Part shown: piece after piece, positions 46,029 through 55,276 of the stretch
Position numbering within the stretch: position 1 is the first letter of the stretch
How the letters are laid out: each line of letters opens with the position of its first letter
NCBI GenBank assembly: GCA_045804225.1
Contig: JBJMNO010000024.1
Coordinates: 132,815-196,814 of the forward strand
DNA from: Gemmatimonadaceae bacterium
GTDB taxonomy: Bacteria; Gemmatimonadota; Gemmatimonadetes; Gemmatimonadales; Gemmatimonadaceae
DNA: 64,000 nt
Direction of reading: 5' to 3'
Program-made: the position numbers and the translations under genes
Notes under the pieces: generated by a model
The model's database searches: none
Told to the model about the DNA's origin: nothing
The model's input: only the letters and a program-made list of their open reading frames with translations

Positions 46029-46900
46029 CGACGATCGGCGGCTTCGCTCGTCGGCGGTTCAGTCCCAATGCGGAGAAACGCCAGTCCGAACGCCGCGCGG
46101 CCCGTGGGCATTTGCAGATCGAGCGCCCCCGTGCGCATCTCGGCATAACACGAGGCCAATGTCGGCGCGTCGCTTCGTCTGTCCGCTGTGCGTTCCGTCA
46201 AATCAGGCACCAAGCTGAGGAAGACGCACCCGAGCGCCAGCACGACGAGCTGTCGCAACGCGGCGAAGGTCGCGCGCGCCGCATCGTCGAGTGGCGATTG
46301 CTCCTGCATCTGGAGCAGTGCGTGTGCGGCGTCGGCGCCGAGGTCGAGAAAGCTGACGAATGCGGCGAGGTCGTAGTAGGGGTGGTTGAGCCCGGCCACC
46401 TCCCAATCGACCAGCCAAGTTCGCGTCCCGTCCCACAGAACATTACTCGGATTCACGTCGTTGTGGCTTACGACGCGCCGCGAATCGCACCCCACCACGG
46501 CCGCGATCGCATCGAGCCTATCGCCAATATCGCCAGCCCATGCTGGAAATCCTGGGCGGCCGCGCTGGTCTTCCCACATGAGCCGCGCGTATTCGATTCC
46601 ATCCCGCTCGCCAACGTCGGTGGGATCGATCTCGTGTGTCGCACGCAGCTGCCTAACGACATCCGCAATGGCGTTGCCGCGCACCGATGGATCGCTCAAC
46701 ACCGCGGGAAGTGGTGCGCCACTCACTCGTTTCGAGATGACGGCAGCATGCACGTCGTCGACGTGAACGATTGCCGGCGCCACGCCACGCTCCACCGCTC
46801 GCCGCCAGATCAGCAGCTGTTGCGCCCAGAAGGCCTTGGGCGCTCGTGCACCTTGCACCCGGAGGATGTACTCGCCGCGCGAGCTGGTGACCCCGTACAC
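46025..46900 (-). CDS. Aminoglycoside/choline-kinase-type phosphotransferase (APH family); N-terminus uncertain
   Basis: Catalytic loop SHNDVNPSNVLWDG and the motif LVDWEVAG. Homology appears to continue upstream of the GTG at 46900 (see findings). Confidence 0.75.
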   Translation of the reverse strand: MYGVTSSRGEYILRVQGARAPKAFWAQQLLIWRRAVERGVAPAIVHVDDVHAAVISKRVSGAPLPAVLSDPSVRGNAIADVVRQLRATHEIDPTDVGERDGIEYARLMWEDQRGRPGFPAWAGDIGDRLDAIAAVVGCDSRRVVSHNDVNPSNVLWDGTRTWLVDWEVAGLNHPYYDLAAFVSFLDLGADAAHALLQMQEQSPLDDAARATFAALRQLVVLALGCVFLSLVPDLTERTADRRSDAPTLASCYAEMRTGALDLQMPTGRAAFGLAFLRIGTEPPTSEAADRR

Positions 46901-47230
46901 GCCCGCCCCCGAGAGACCGATGCGGATGGGCGCGACCGCGGTGACGTCTCCGAGAATGGATTCAGGAAGGAGATGACGAACCGCTTCCGTCGCATCGCCC
47001 TCGTGTTCGTTAGGCAGCCGTGCCTCCCGCGATGATCCTCGACGAGGGCGATGTCAGCGACAGCGCCCTTGCGGCTTCCACGTCGACTCCATCGTCGTCG
47101 GCTTCTGGCGCGCGTCGTGAAGAATGAGCACGAGGGAGCGTCGAATGCCAGTTCCAGTGGCGGTCAATTCCATTGGCGGTCCGCCAGGAACGATCACGGG
47201 GGCGTCTCGCGGAGCGGCAGTGGTGCCTGG

Positions 47231-48280
47231 TCATGACGTTGACCGCAGTCTTTTCTCCGCATCGCGCACACTATCCGGCATCAGCAAGGAATCCGCAATT
47301 GCTGCGATCTCCTCGGCCGCTTTCCACGCCTGCTCGAGCAGCGCTAGCTCGCCACCCAACGCCTGACGCTCGGACTCTTCGTGGGCGGCCATCTCGAGCG
47401 CGAGTCGGTGTGACGGCTCCAATCGAGCGAGAAAGCCGCGCGGTCCCTCGGCGACGTACTCCACTCGACCGCCCGGCGCGTCTCGATAGCCCATGCGCGT
47501 TGTTCCCTCCCACTCGCGCGCTTCGGCGGCGAAGAGCGCTTCGGCACTGCCATGTTGCTCGAGGAGCGCTAGCGCATCACGCGTGAGGCGGGCGTTAGCG
47601 CCGTTCCAATTCATCGCAGGCAAGAGAAGCCCGGCGATCGGGACGCGCTCGGCACCTCGCACGATGATCATTCGTTCCCCCTCGCCCAACTCGAGCACCC
47701 AATCGCGCGAGCCGAACTCCCACGCGAGTCGCGCGCTGCTGAGCGCGCCGCGCTTTACGGGGAGCGAAGGGCCTTCGGCCTGGGGGATGAGCGCGATGAT
47801 ATCGCCAACTTTGCCGCCAGCCCGCCGGGCGCCCAATAGCATCAAGCCCCAGAGCGCGGCGACCGGTGCGCCGAACGCGATGCCGCCCCCGGCAAGGCCG
47901 CCACCGAGGACAAGCCCTGGGCCCGCGTGAATCAGCGCGGTGCGGCGCCGACGGCCGAATTGGTCGCCATAACGCCACGCCGCCATCTCGGGCCGCAACG
48001 GTTCGCCGACGCGCACGAGCTCGAGGCCTTCGGTGAGTCGGGCGAGCCCGATCTGTCCGGTGGATGCCCGCAATCGGGCGGCGCGAAAGAGTCGCTCGCA
48101 GGTCTCGAGCGCCTCCCAGCGTTCCTCGAGCGGCGTGAGGTTCCAGCGCTCGCAGCGCCGGCAAACGACCCACAGCCGCCCGCGCGCCGCGTCGAAAGCG
48201 AGACGCCGGCCCATGGGAAATGCCTCGACGACTTCATTGCTGCCGAGTGCCCCGTGACAGAAGATGCAGGTTGAGTACAT
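47231..48280 (-). CDS. Hypothetical protein with N-terminal CxxC...CxxC zinc-ribbon-like motif and central Gly-rich TM segment
   Basis: MYSTCIFCHG...VVCRRCERWNL (ATG 48280). The upstream track extension is Arg/Cys-rich and unlikely to be real. Confidence 0.55.
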   Translation of the reverse strand: MYSTCIFCHGALGSNEVVEAFPMGRRLAFDAARGRLWVVCRRCERWNLTPLEERWEALETCERLFRAARLRASTGQIGLARLTEGLELVRVGEPLRPEMAAWRYGDQFGRRRRTALIHAGPGLVLGGGLAGGGIAFGAPVAALWGLMLLGARRAGGKVGDIIALIPQAEGPSLPVKRGALSSARLAWEFGSRDWVLELGEGERMIIVRGAERVPIAGLLLPAMNWNGANARLTRDALALLEQHGSAEALFAAEAREWEGTTRMGYRDAPGGRVEYVAEGPRGFLARLEPSHRLALEMAAHEESERQALGGELALLEQAWKAAEEIAAIADSLLMPDSVRDAEKRLRSTS

Positions 48281-48306
48281 GCTAATACAACACGCGCGAG
48301 ACCCGT

Positions 48307-48678
48307 TCAGCGTTGGGGATCGGCATGCGAACCGACATAGGCCAGCGCGCCGATGATGCCTCCGGCAAGCGCTCCAAGCCCAGCACCGGCGCCGATTACC
48401 CACCCTCCTGGAATGAAGCCATCTTCTGAATGGGAGACGTCCACCGCGGCGAGGATACCGCCGGCTACGGCGCCTGTCAGCGCGCCGACTGCCGTCCAGA
48501 TCCAGATGCGTCCCTCGTCGTCATCCGCGAAGGATTGTGGGACGAGGGGTCTTCCGCTGGCGTATGGTGTCGTCGGCATGTCGGCTCGTGTCTGCACGAC
48601 GCCGGCAGGTTGCAGTCGTTGCGCTGCGAGCGGCGCGGCGCTAGCGGCTAGAGCGAGTATGAATAACAGATATCGCAT
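48307..48678 (-). CDS. Small secreted/membrane protein with glycine-zipper segments
   Basis: Signal peptide MRYLLFILALAASAAPLAAQ, followed by GALTGAVAGGILAA and GAGAGLGALAGGIIGA. Confidence 0.55.
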   Translation of the reverse strand: MRYLLFILALAASAAPLAAQRLQPAGVVQTRADMPTTPYASGRPLVPQSFADDDEGRIWIWTAVGALTGAVAGGILAAVDVSHSEDGFIPGGWVIGAGAGLGALAGGIIGALAYVGSHADPQR

Positions 48679-48719
48679 TGTCCTCTCGCTGGTAACGGTC
48701 CCTTCGAACCAGGTCCTGC

Positions 48720-48802
48720 AACAGCAGATCCATCGCTTCGCTCAGGATGACCTTTAGTCAGTTGTCATCCTGAGGAGCCACAGCGACAAAGGATCTGCTG
48801 TT
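48720..48802. repeat. REP-family inverted pair forming a hairpin
   Basis: AACAGCAGATCCATCGCTTCGCTCAGGATGAC - 12-nt loop - GTCATCCTGAGGAGCCACAGCGACAAAGGATCTGCTGTT, downstream of the oxidoreductase stop. Confidence 0.85.
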
Positions 48803-48822
48803 TCCCTTATATCGTCCTGGTT

Positions 48823-51099
48823 TCAGCGTGCGCTCCGTGCTACAGTCACGACGATCGCTTTCGACGCTGGGGTGTTACTGCCGGTGGCGACATGATCGTG
48901 AGGCACGAGTACGTTGGCTTCCGGGAAATACGCGGCGGCACAACCACGGGGGACGTCATAGGGTACCACACGAAAGCGGCGTGCGTGACGCTCCGTGCCC
49001 GCGTGATGGCTCGTGATGTCAACCGCCACCTCCGCAGTCAAGCCGCGCTCTCGCATGTCCTCTGGATGCATGAACACAACGCGACGACCGTTGTGCACGC
49101 CGCGATAGCGGTCGTTAGGCGCGTAGACTGTCGTATTGAACTGGTCGTGGGCGCGGACCGTCGTCAGCATGAGCTGTCCCGGCGCGAGCGTCAACATCGG
49201 GAGCGGGTGAACGGTGAAGCGCGCCTTCCCCGTCTCGGTGAGGAATTGGCGCTCGCGCGCGGCGTTCGGCAGATGGAACCCACCCGGCACGCGCGCGCGT
49301 TGGTTGTAGCTCTCGAAGATGGGGATGACGCGCTCGATTGCGTCGCGAATACGATCGTAGTCGCCAACGAGGTCCTCCCACGGCACGGTGCTGCGGGTGC
49401 CCAAGGTGGCGCGGGCGAGACGCGCCACGATTTGCGGCTCGCTCAGCAGCTCCGCTGACGCCGGCTCCAACACACCGCGCGACGCCTGCACGATAGCCAT
49501 CGAGTTCTCGGTCGTCACGAACTGCGGACCAGTCGCCTGTACGTCCTGCTCGGAGCGGCCCAGGCAGGGCAGGATCAGCGCTTGCTCACCGGTAACGAGA
49601 TGCGCGCGATTGGGCTTGATGGACACGTGAACCGTGAGCCGGCAATTGCGCAGGGCGCGGGCGACGTACTCGGTATCCGGCGTCGCTTGCAGGAAATTGC
49701 CACCTAACGCGAAGAATACTTTCGCCGAGCCGGCGTGCATGGCGCGAATCGCGGCGACGGTGTCGAGGCCATGATGGAGTGGCGGGGAGAAGTTGAACGC
49801 CGCGCCCAGACGTTCGAGGAATTCTGGGCGCGGCCGCTCCCAGATGCCCACCGTGCGGTCGCCCTGCACGTTGCTGTGACCCCGCACCGGACAGAGGCCA
49901 GCGCCCGGCTTTCCAATCTGGCCACGCAGCAAATGCAGGTTCACGATCTCCTGAATGTTCCCCACCGCGTTGACATGCTGCGTGAGACCCATTCCCCAGC
50001 AGGTGATCGTTCGATCCGATTGAGCGAAGACTTCGGCCGCACGGAGGATCTCGTCCTTCGCAACGCCGCTGGCGGCGACGATCGCCTCCCAACTGGTTTC
50101 GCGTAGCGCACTCGCATACGCCTCGAAGCCGTCGGTGTATTCGCGAATGAACTCACGATCGAGCGCCGAGTGATTCTCGATCAGTGCTTTGCCAATGCCT
50201 TGAAAGAGCGCGACGTCGCCGCCAACGCGGACGCGCAACAAGAAACCGGCGATCTCGGTGCCCCTGCCTAACAAGCCGAGCACTTCTTGTGGCTGTTTGA
50301 AGCGTCGGAGGCCCGTCTCGGCGAGCGGATTGATCCCGACAATCGCTGCGCCGTTGCGCTTGGCCTTTTGCAGGGTGGACAGCATGCGCGGGTGGTTGGT
50401 CCCCGGATTCTGTCCCGCGATGAAGATCGCTTGCGCCTGGTGGAAGTCCTCGAGGGTGACCGTTCCTTTGCCCACGCCAACGGTCTCCATCAACGCGGTG
50501 CCGCTCGACTCGTGGCACATGTTCGAGCAATCCGGGAGGTTGTTCGTTCCGTACTGCCTAACGAACAGCTGATACAGGAACGCCGCCTCGTTGGAAGTCC
50601 GGCCGGAGGTATAAAAGACGGCTTCGTCGGGCGAGGCCAGCGCGTTGAGCTCCGTCGCGATCAGCGCAACGGCATCCTCCCAGGAGGTCGGCGCGTAGTG
50701 TGTCGCACCGCGCCGCAGGATCATGGGAGTCGTTAGGCGCCCGAGCTCGCCCAGGGTGTGGTCCGACAGCTCCGCCAGCTCGGCGACGCTACGCTGGGCG
50801 AACACCGCCGGCGTCGCCCGACGCGTTGTTGCTTCCCACGCGGTCGCCTTCGCGCCATTCTCGCAAAACTCCGCCACGTGCCGCCCGCCATCGGGATCCG
50901 GCCATGCGCACGACTGGCAATCGTATCCATCCTTCTGGTTGATGGACGTCAACGTCTTGAGCGAGCGGCGCACCCCCATCTCGTCGTACGCGTGCTTGAA
51001 GCTGGCAATCACGCCGCCGAGTCCAGCCGCCGCGGCCGCTGGAGGCGAGATCTCGATCGCGGCGAGATCTTCGTCGGGAGAAAGATGCTCGTTTGTCAT
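48823..51099 (-). CDS. FdhF/YdeP-family molybdopterin oxidoreductase
   Basis: 758 aa. Has the N-terminal Cys cluster region (DGYDCQSCAWPD...CENGAK) and MGLTQH, typical YdeP-like motifs. Confidence 0.9.
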   Translation of the reverse strand: MTNEHLSPDEDLAAIEISPPAAAAAGLGGVIASFKHAYDEMGVRRSLKTLTSINQKDGYDCQSCAWPDPDGGRHVAEFCENGAKATAWEATTRRATPAVFAQRSVAELAELSDHTLGELGRLTTPMILRRGATHYAPTSWEDAVALIATELNALASPDEAVFYTSGRTSNEAAFLYQLFVRQYGTNNLPDCSNMCHESSGTALMETVGVGKGTVTLEDFHQAQAIFIAGQNPGTNHPRMLSTLQKAKRNGAAIVGINPLAETGLRRFKQPQEVLGLLGRGTEIAGFLLRVRVGGDVALFQGIGKALIENHSALDREFIREYTDGFEAYASALRETSWEAIVAASGVAKDEILRAAEVFAQSDRTITCWGMGLTQHVNAVGNIQEIVNLHLLRGQIGKPGAGLCPVRGHSNVQGDRTVGIWERPRPEFLERLGAAFNFSPPLHHGLDTVAAIRAMHAGSAKVFFALGGNFLQATPDTEYVARALRNCRLTVHVSIKPNRAHLVTGEQALILPCLGRSEQDVQATGPQFVTTENSMAIVQASRGVLEPASAELLSEPQIVARLARATLGTRSTVPWEDLVGDYDRIRDAIERVIPIFESYNQRARVPGGFHLPNAARERQFLTETGKARFTVHPLPMLTLAPGQLMLTTVRAHDQFNTTVYAPNDRYRGVHNGRRVVFMHPEDMRERGLTAEVAVDITSHHAGTERHARRFRVVPYDVPRGCAAAYFPEANVLVPHDHVATGSNTPASKAIVVTVARSAR

Positions 51100-51244
51100 T
51101 CTGAGGAGCGGAGCGACGAAGGTTCTGTTGATCCTCGCTCCATTCGCGTCGGCAGGTTCGGCTCACTTGGAAAAGCAGATCCTTCGCTGCGCTCAGGATG
51201 ACGGGCGAGTCGCTCAGGATGACGGGCGAGTCGCTCCGGGTGAC
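51095..51244. repeat. REP/MITE-like locus: inverted arms 51095-51130 and 51171-51202, plus two extra 21-nt tandem units (51203-51244)
   Basis: The arms are GTCATTCTGAGGAGCGGAGCGACGAAGGTTCTGTTG and AAAAGCAGATCCTTCGCTGCGCTCAGGATGAC. They are followed by GGGCGAGTCGCTCAGGATGAC and GGGCGAGTCGCTCCGGGTGAC. Confidence 0.85.
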
Positions 51245-52064
51245 AGGCAAGGATCCGCTCGCCGCCGGAGTAGACGTTGAAGCGGTGGGGCCGAACGAAA
51301 CCCGCCAGTGTCATGCCAAGCTCGCGCGCCAGCTCCACGGCGAGACTCGACGGCGCACCGATGGCGGCCATGATCGGAACGCCAGCCATCGCCGCCTTCT
51401 GCACGAGCTCGAAGCTCACGCGGCCACTGACGATGAGTATGCGCTCACTGGCGGGCAGATTGCCGGCGAGCCACTCGCAGCCGATGACTTTGTCGAGCGC
51501 GTTGTGGCGGCCAACGTCCTCGCTGATCACTCTGATGCCGCCGCCGAGGTCGAAGAGCGCCGAAGCGTGGATTCCGCCCGTCGCATCGAAGGCCAACTGG
51601 GCGCGGCGCAGTAGCGCGGGGAGCGTGCGAATCAGCTCGGCGTTCACTCGGGGAGAGATGGCGTCGAGAGGGAAGGTGGACGCGGTACGAAGGGCGGCGA
51701 GCGACGTCTTGCCGCACATCCCGCAGCTCGACGTTGTGTACGAGTGCCTCTCGAGGCGCGAGAGATCGACCGATGTCCCTGATGTGAGCACCACCCGAAT
51801 CGAGCCAGAGCGGCACGACCGGATGTCCGCGATCTGATTGCGATCGCGCAGGATGCCCTCCGTAAAGAGGAACCCTGCCGCGAGCTCCGCGTCGCTTCCG
51901 GGCGTTCGCATCGTGATCGCGACGGTCGTCACGCGCACGCGATCCTCGCCGGTCCACTCGATGCGAATCTCGAGCGGCTCCTCCACCGCCAGCATGTCGA
52001 GCGCGAAGCGGCTCTCGGCGCGTTCGCTTCGCGTGACCTCAATTTCTCTTGTAGCCCCGACCAT
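51096..52064 (-). CDS. fdhD: Formate dehydrogenase accessory sulfurtransferase FdhD; the ORF is extended about 50 aa by REP repeats
   Basis: Contains SSCGMCGK and the typical FdhD sequence up to ...RFNVYSGGERI. The tail LACHPERLARHPERLARHPERSEGS... is encoded by REP locus 51095-51244. Confidence 0.85.
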   Translation of the reverse strand: MVGATREIEVTRSERAESRFALDMLAVEEPLEIRIEWTGEDRVRVTTVAITMRTPGSDAELAAGFLFTEGILRDRNQIADIRSCRSGSIRVVLTSGTSVDLSRLERHSYTTSSCGMCGKTSLAALRTASTFPLDAISPRVNAELIRTLPALLRRAQLAFDATGGIHASALFDLGGGIRVISEDVGRHNALDKVIGCEWLAGNLPASERILIVSGRVSFELVQKAAMAGVPIMAAIGAPSSLAVELARELGMTLAGFVRPHRFNVYSGGERILACHPERLARHPERLARHPERSEGSAFPSEPNLPTRMERGSTEPSSLRSSE

Positions 52065-52176
52065 CAGCGCTCCCTTGTCCGGAGTTTGCCGCGCTCATTG
52101 GACGTTGGTCGATGGATAGTTGACCCGCGGCGCAAGATTCGCAAAGGTGCAAACGAGCTTCTCGTAAGGATCAACT

Positions 52177-54222
52177 GTGACTGCTGCTGCCGTCTCCGTG
52201 ACGCCGACCGCGTCCACGCAACTCACTCACAAGCAGATTCTCGTCGTCTTCAGTGGTCTCGTGCTTGGCATGCTCCTCGCCGCGCTCGATTCCACTATCG
52301 TGTCCACGGCGCTCCCAACCATCGTGGGCGAGCTCGGCGGTCTCGCGCGGCTGTCGTGGGTGGTCACCGCCTACCTGCTGGCGCAGACCATCGTTACCCC
52401 ACTGTATGGAAAGCTCGGCGACCTCTACGGGCGCAAGGGCATCCTGCAGAGCGCGATCGTGCTCTTCCTCATCGGCTCGGCGCTTTGTGGAATGAGCCGG
52501 AACCTGACCCAACTGATCGGCTTCCGGGCCATTCAAGGCCTGGGCGGCGGAGGCCTGACGGTGACGACGCAAGCAGTCGTCGGCGACATCGTGACGCCAC
52601 GCGAGCGCGGCCGCTATCAAGGCATCTTCGGCGCCGTGTTCGGCCTCTCGAGCATCGCCGGGCCACTGCTCGGCGGCTACTTCACGACGCACCTCAGCTG
52701 GCGCTGGATCTTCTACATCAATCTGCCGTTAGGCATCGTCGCTCTGGTGGTGATCGCGGCCACGCTGCCGTCGATGGCGGAGCGGCGACATCCGTCAATC
52801 GACTACGCCGGCGCCGCGCTCCTCGCGATCGCTCTCAGCGCGATCGTGTTCGTCTCCGACGTGCACGGACAATCGCGGCCCTTCACGTCGCCGTCCATGC
52901 TCGCTCTGATCGCGACGGCGATCGTCTCGCTCATTGCCTTCATCGTGGTGGAGCGCCGAGCGAGGGAGCCGGTGCTGCCGCTGCGGTTGTTCGCGAATCG
53001 AAGCTTTGCGGTGACGTCGGCGGTCGGACTGATCGTGGGCTTCGCGCTCTTCGGTTCGGTGACGTACCTGCCACTCTTTCTCCAAGTGGTGAAGGGCGCG
53101 ACTCCCACGGCGTCCGGACTGGAGATGCTGCCGATGATGGGTGGAATGCTCATCACCTCGATTCTCTCCGGACAAATCATCAGCCGCACGGGCCGATACA
53201 AGTTCTTTCCGATTCTCGGAACGTTCGTGATGGCGCTCGGGCTGTATCTGCTGTCACGCATGAACGTGTTGACGACAACGTTCAGCGCGTCCATCACGAT
53301 GTTGATCCTCGGGCTCGGACTGGGGATGGTGATGCAAGTGCTGGTGATCGCCGTGCAGAACGCAGTGGATTACGCCGATCTCGGGGTCGCGACGTCCGGC
53401 GCAACTCTGTTTCGACTCGTCGGTGGCTCGTTAGGTACGGCCGTGCTCGGGGCAATCTTCGCCACACGCCTCGCCCAGACGCTTGCCCAGGTGCTGCCGG
53501 GTAGCGCGCGCGTTTCGGGACATGGCGCGTTGAATCCGGAGACACTCAACCAGCTTTCGCCGGCGTTACGCGACATGTACGTGAAAGCGTTCACGACGTC
53601 GTTGAGCACCGTATTCGTCGTCGCGACCGCCATCGCACTTTTCGGTTTTCTCCTCACCTGGCTGATTCCGGAGACACCGCTCCGACAGACCGTCGCCGCC
53701 GCGAGCGGCAGCCATGGAGTGGGCGAGGTCGGCGAGGCGTTTGCGATGCCCGCTGATTCTGGTTCCGAGAACTATGTGCTGCGCGGACTCTCGGCGCTCG
53801 CGGACCGCGACGTCCAGCGCCAGCACATCCAATCGATCGTCCAACGGGCCGGAGTCGATCTCACGCCGCTCGCGGCGTCGCTGCTCGTTCGTTTGGAGAT
53901 GCAGCCGCATGCGACGCCGGACATGTTAGGCAGAGCGAGGAATGCGAGCCCGGACGAGGTGCGCGCGGCGATCGGCGAGCTGCGCGACCGCGGCCTGATC
54001 GTCGAAGACGCGGGCGACGGCGTAGGGAGTGGGTGGATGCTGACTCGCCCCGGATGCGAGACGCTCACGAAGCTCGTCACAGCTCGCCGCGCGCATCTCG
54101 CGGAGCTCTTCGCCGATTGGGGTCCGTCAAAGCGCGAAGAGATTGCGGCGCTCATGCGCCGTTTGGCGGATGAGCTAGTGCCAGATGTCCGAAATCAGGC
54201 CACGTCGGAATTCATTAAATAA
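52177..54222 (+). CDS. DHA2-type (EmrB/QacA, 14-TM) MFS efflux transporter with a C-terminal MarR-like winged-helix extension
   Basis: GTG start. MFS motifs are GKLGDLYGRK and INLPLG. The last ~180 aa (DLTPLAASLLVRLEM...LRDRGLIVED...MLTRPGCETL) look MarR-like. Confidence 0.85.
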   Translation: MTAAAVSVTPTASTQLTHKQILVVFSGLVLGMLLAALDSTIVSTALPTIVGELGGLARLSWVVTAYLLAQTIVTPLYGKLGDLYGRKGILQSAIVLFLIGSALCGMSRNLTQLIGFRAIQGLGGGGLTVTTQAVVGDIVTPRERGRYQGIFGAVFGLSSIAGPLLGGYFTTHLSWRWIFYINLPLGIVALVVIAATLPSMAERRHPSIDYAGAALLAIALSAIVFVSDVHGQSRPFTSPSMLALIATAIVSLIAFIVVERRAREPVLPLRLFANRSFAVTSAVGLIVGFALFGSVTYLPLFLQVVKGATPTASGLEMLPMMGGMLITSILSGQIISRTGRYKFFPILGTFVMALGLYLLSRMNVLTTTFSASITMLILGLGLGMVMQVLVIAVQNAVDYADLGVATSGATLFRLVGGSLGTAVLGAIFATRLAQTLAQVLPGSARVSGHGALNPETLNQLSPALRDMYVKAFTTSLSTVFVVATAIALFGFLLTWLIPETPLRQTVAAASGSHGVGEVGEAFAMPADSGSENYVLRGLSALADRDVQRQHIQSIVQRAGVDLTPLAASLLVRLEMQPHATPDMLGRARNASPDEVRAAIGELRDRGLIVEDAGDGVGSGWMLTRPGCETLTKLVTARRAHLAELFADWGPSKREEIAALMRRLADELVPDVRNQATSEFIK

Positions 54223-54424
54223 CTCTCATCATCGCTCGGCATGCTCGATGCCTTAGCAGGGGCGCGGGTGTGGTCCAAGTTAGTCTCACGCCCCACGAGA
54301 CGAACTCGCGCGATCTTTGGCGCGTGTCGCTCCGGTACAGTTGTCCACTCACGGCGTCCCTTGCCGGGGACAGGGCGGTCTTGATCGAGGATGTTGGGCA
54401 CGTTTCTTATTCTGGAGTGAACAG

Positions 54425-55117
54425 ATGAAAAATTCCCAATCGTTGACGGTCGCGATCATCACCTTGTCCGTCGCCCTCGCGTCGCCCGTGCGCGCGCAGA
54501 AGCAGGGGACTTGGAACTCGGCGCTCATTCAATCGGCGGTCGATCCCGCCGCGTTAGGCACGGCGCAGCGCGGGTTTCTCGAGTATTCGATCTACGGGCG
54601 TGACATCGATTGGGTCGCGAGCGCTGGTGTCGCACTCGCGGGTGGCGCGCTCCGCGCGAGCTACGGTACTGGTTTCGACCGCCATCTTTACGGATTGGGA
54701 TATGCGCGAACGCTCGCGCAGAAAGATGTCGCACCGCTGGTCGGTCTCGCGGCAGGAATGGACCTCAGCGCAGCGTACCTGGATAACAAGTTCGCGCCGT
54801 ACTCCGCACGCGGGGCGCGGGTGTCGGTGCCCTTCTCCGTTCGGCTCGGCTGGCCGTCGTGGTTGTCGGCGACGCCATACGTCGCGCCGTATGCGGAGGC
54901 TGGCCGCGACTTCTTGACTCACGGCTGCGACGCGATAGGGCGGTGCACGTCGCCCGTGACCGCGAACATCGGTGCGACGCACGCGCTGGGCATGGGTGCC
55001 GGAGTCCAAGTCACTGCCTGGCGTCTAGGACTCGAGCTGGGGACGCGTGACTTGTTGAGCCAGAAAAAGCTCTGGACGGGCGATCAGGTCACGCTGTCGT
55101 TGCGATGGCGATTCTAA
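54425..55117 (+). CDS. Putative small outer-membrane beta-barrel protein
   Basis: Signal peptide MKNSQSLTVAIITLSVALASPVRAQ. Shows an alternating beta pattern, with a C-terminus of ...LSLRWRF ending in a terminal aromatic residue. Confidence 0.55.
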   Translation: MKNSQSLTVAIITLSVALASPVRAQKQGTWNSALIQSAVDPAALGTAQRGFLEYSIYGRDIDWVASAGVALAGGALRASYGTGFDRHLYGLGYARTLAQKDVAPLVGLAAGMDLSAAYLDNKFAPYSARGARVSVPFSVRLGWPSWLSATPYVAPYAEAGRDFLTHGCDAIGRCTSPVTANIGATHALGMGAGVQVTAWRLGLELGTRDLLSQKKLWTGDQVTLSLRWRF

Positions 55118-55276
55118 CGTAACGATCCTTCCTCCTGAGGAGCCCTGCGCGGGAGGCTGGGGGTCTACCTTTAACTGGCCTCCTCGCGCGCAGCCTAGTA
55201 TTCTTCCGGCCGGCGGCCACACCAGAGCGCGCTCGTAGTTCCCACCTCAGTCCTCCGGCCCCCGGAGATCCCACGC

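Noticed and set aside
55118-55276. REP-like fragment (GATCCTTCCTCCTGAGGAGCC) upstream of the second SusC
   Set aside because: It matches only short halves of the REP arms and is too degenerate to call a family member.
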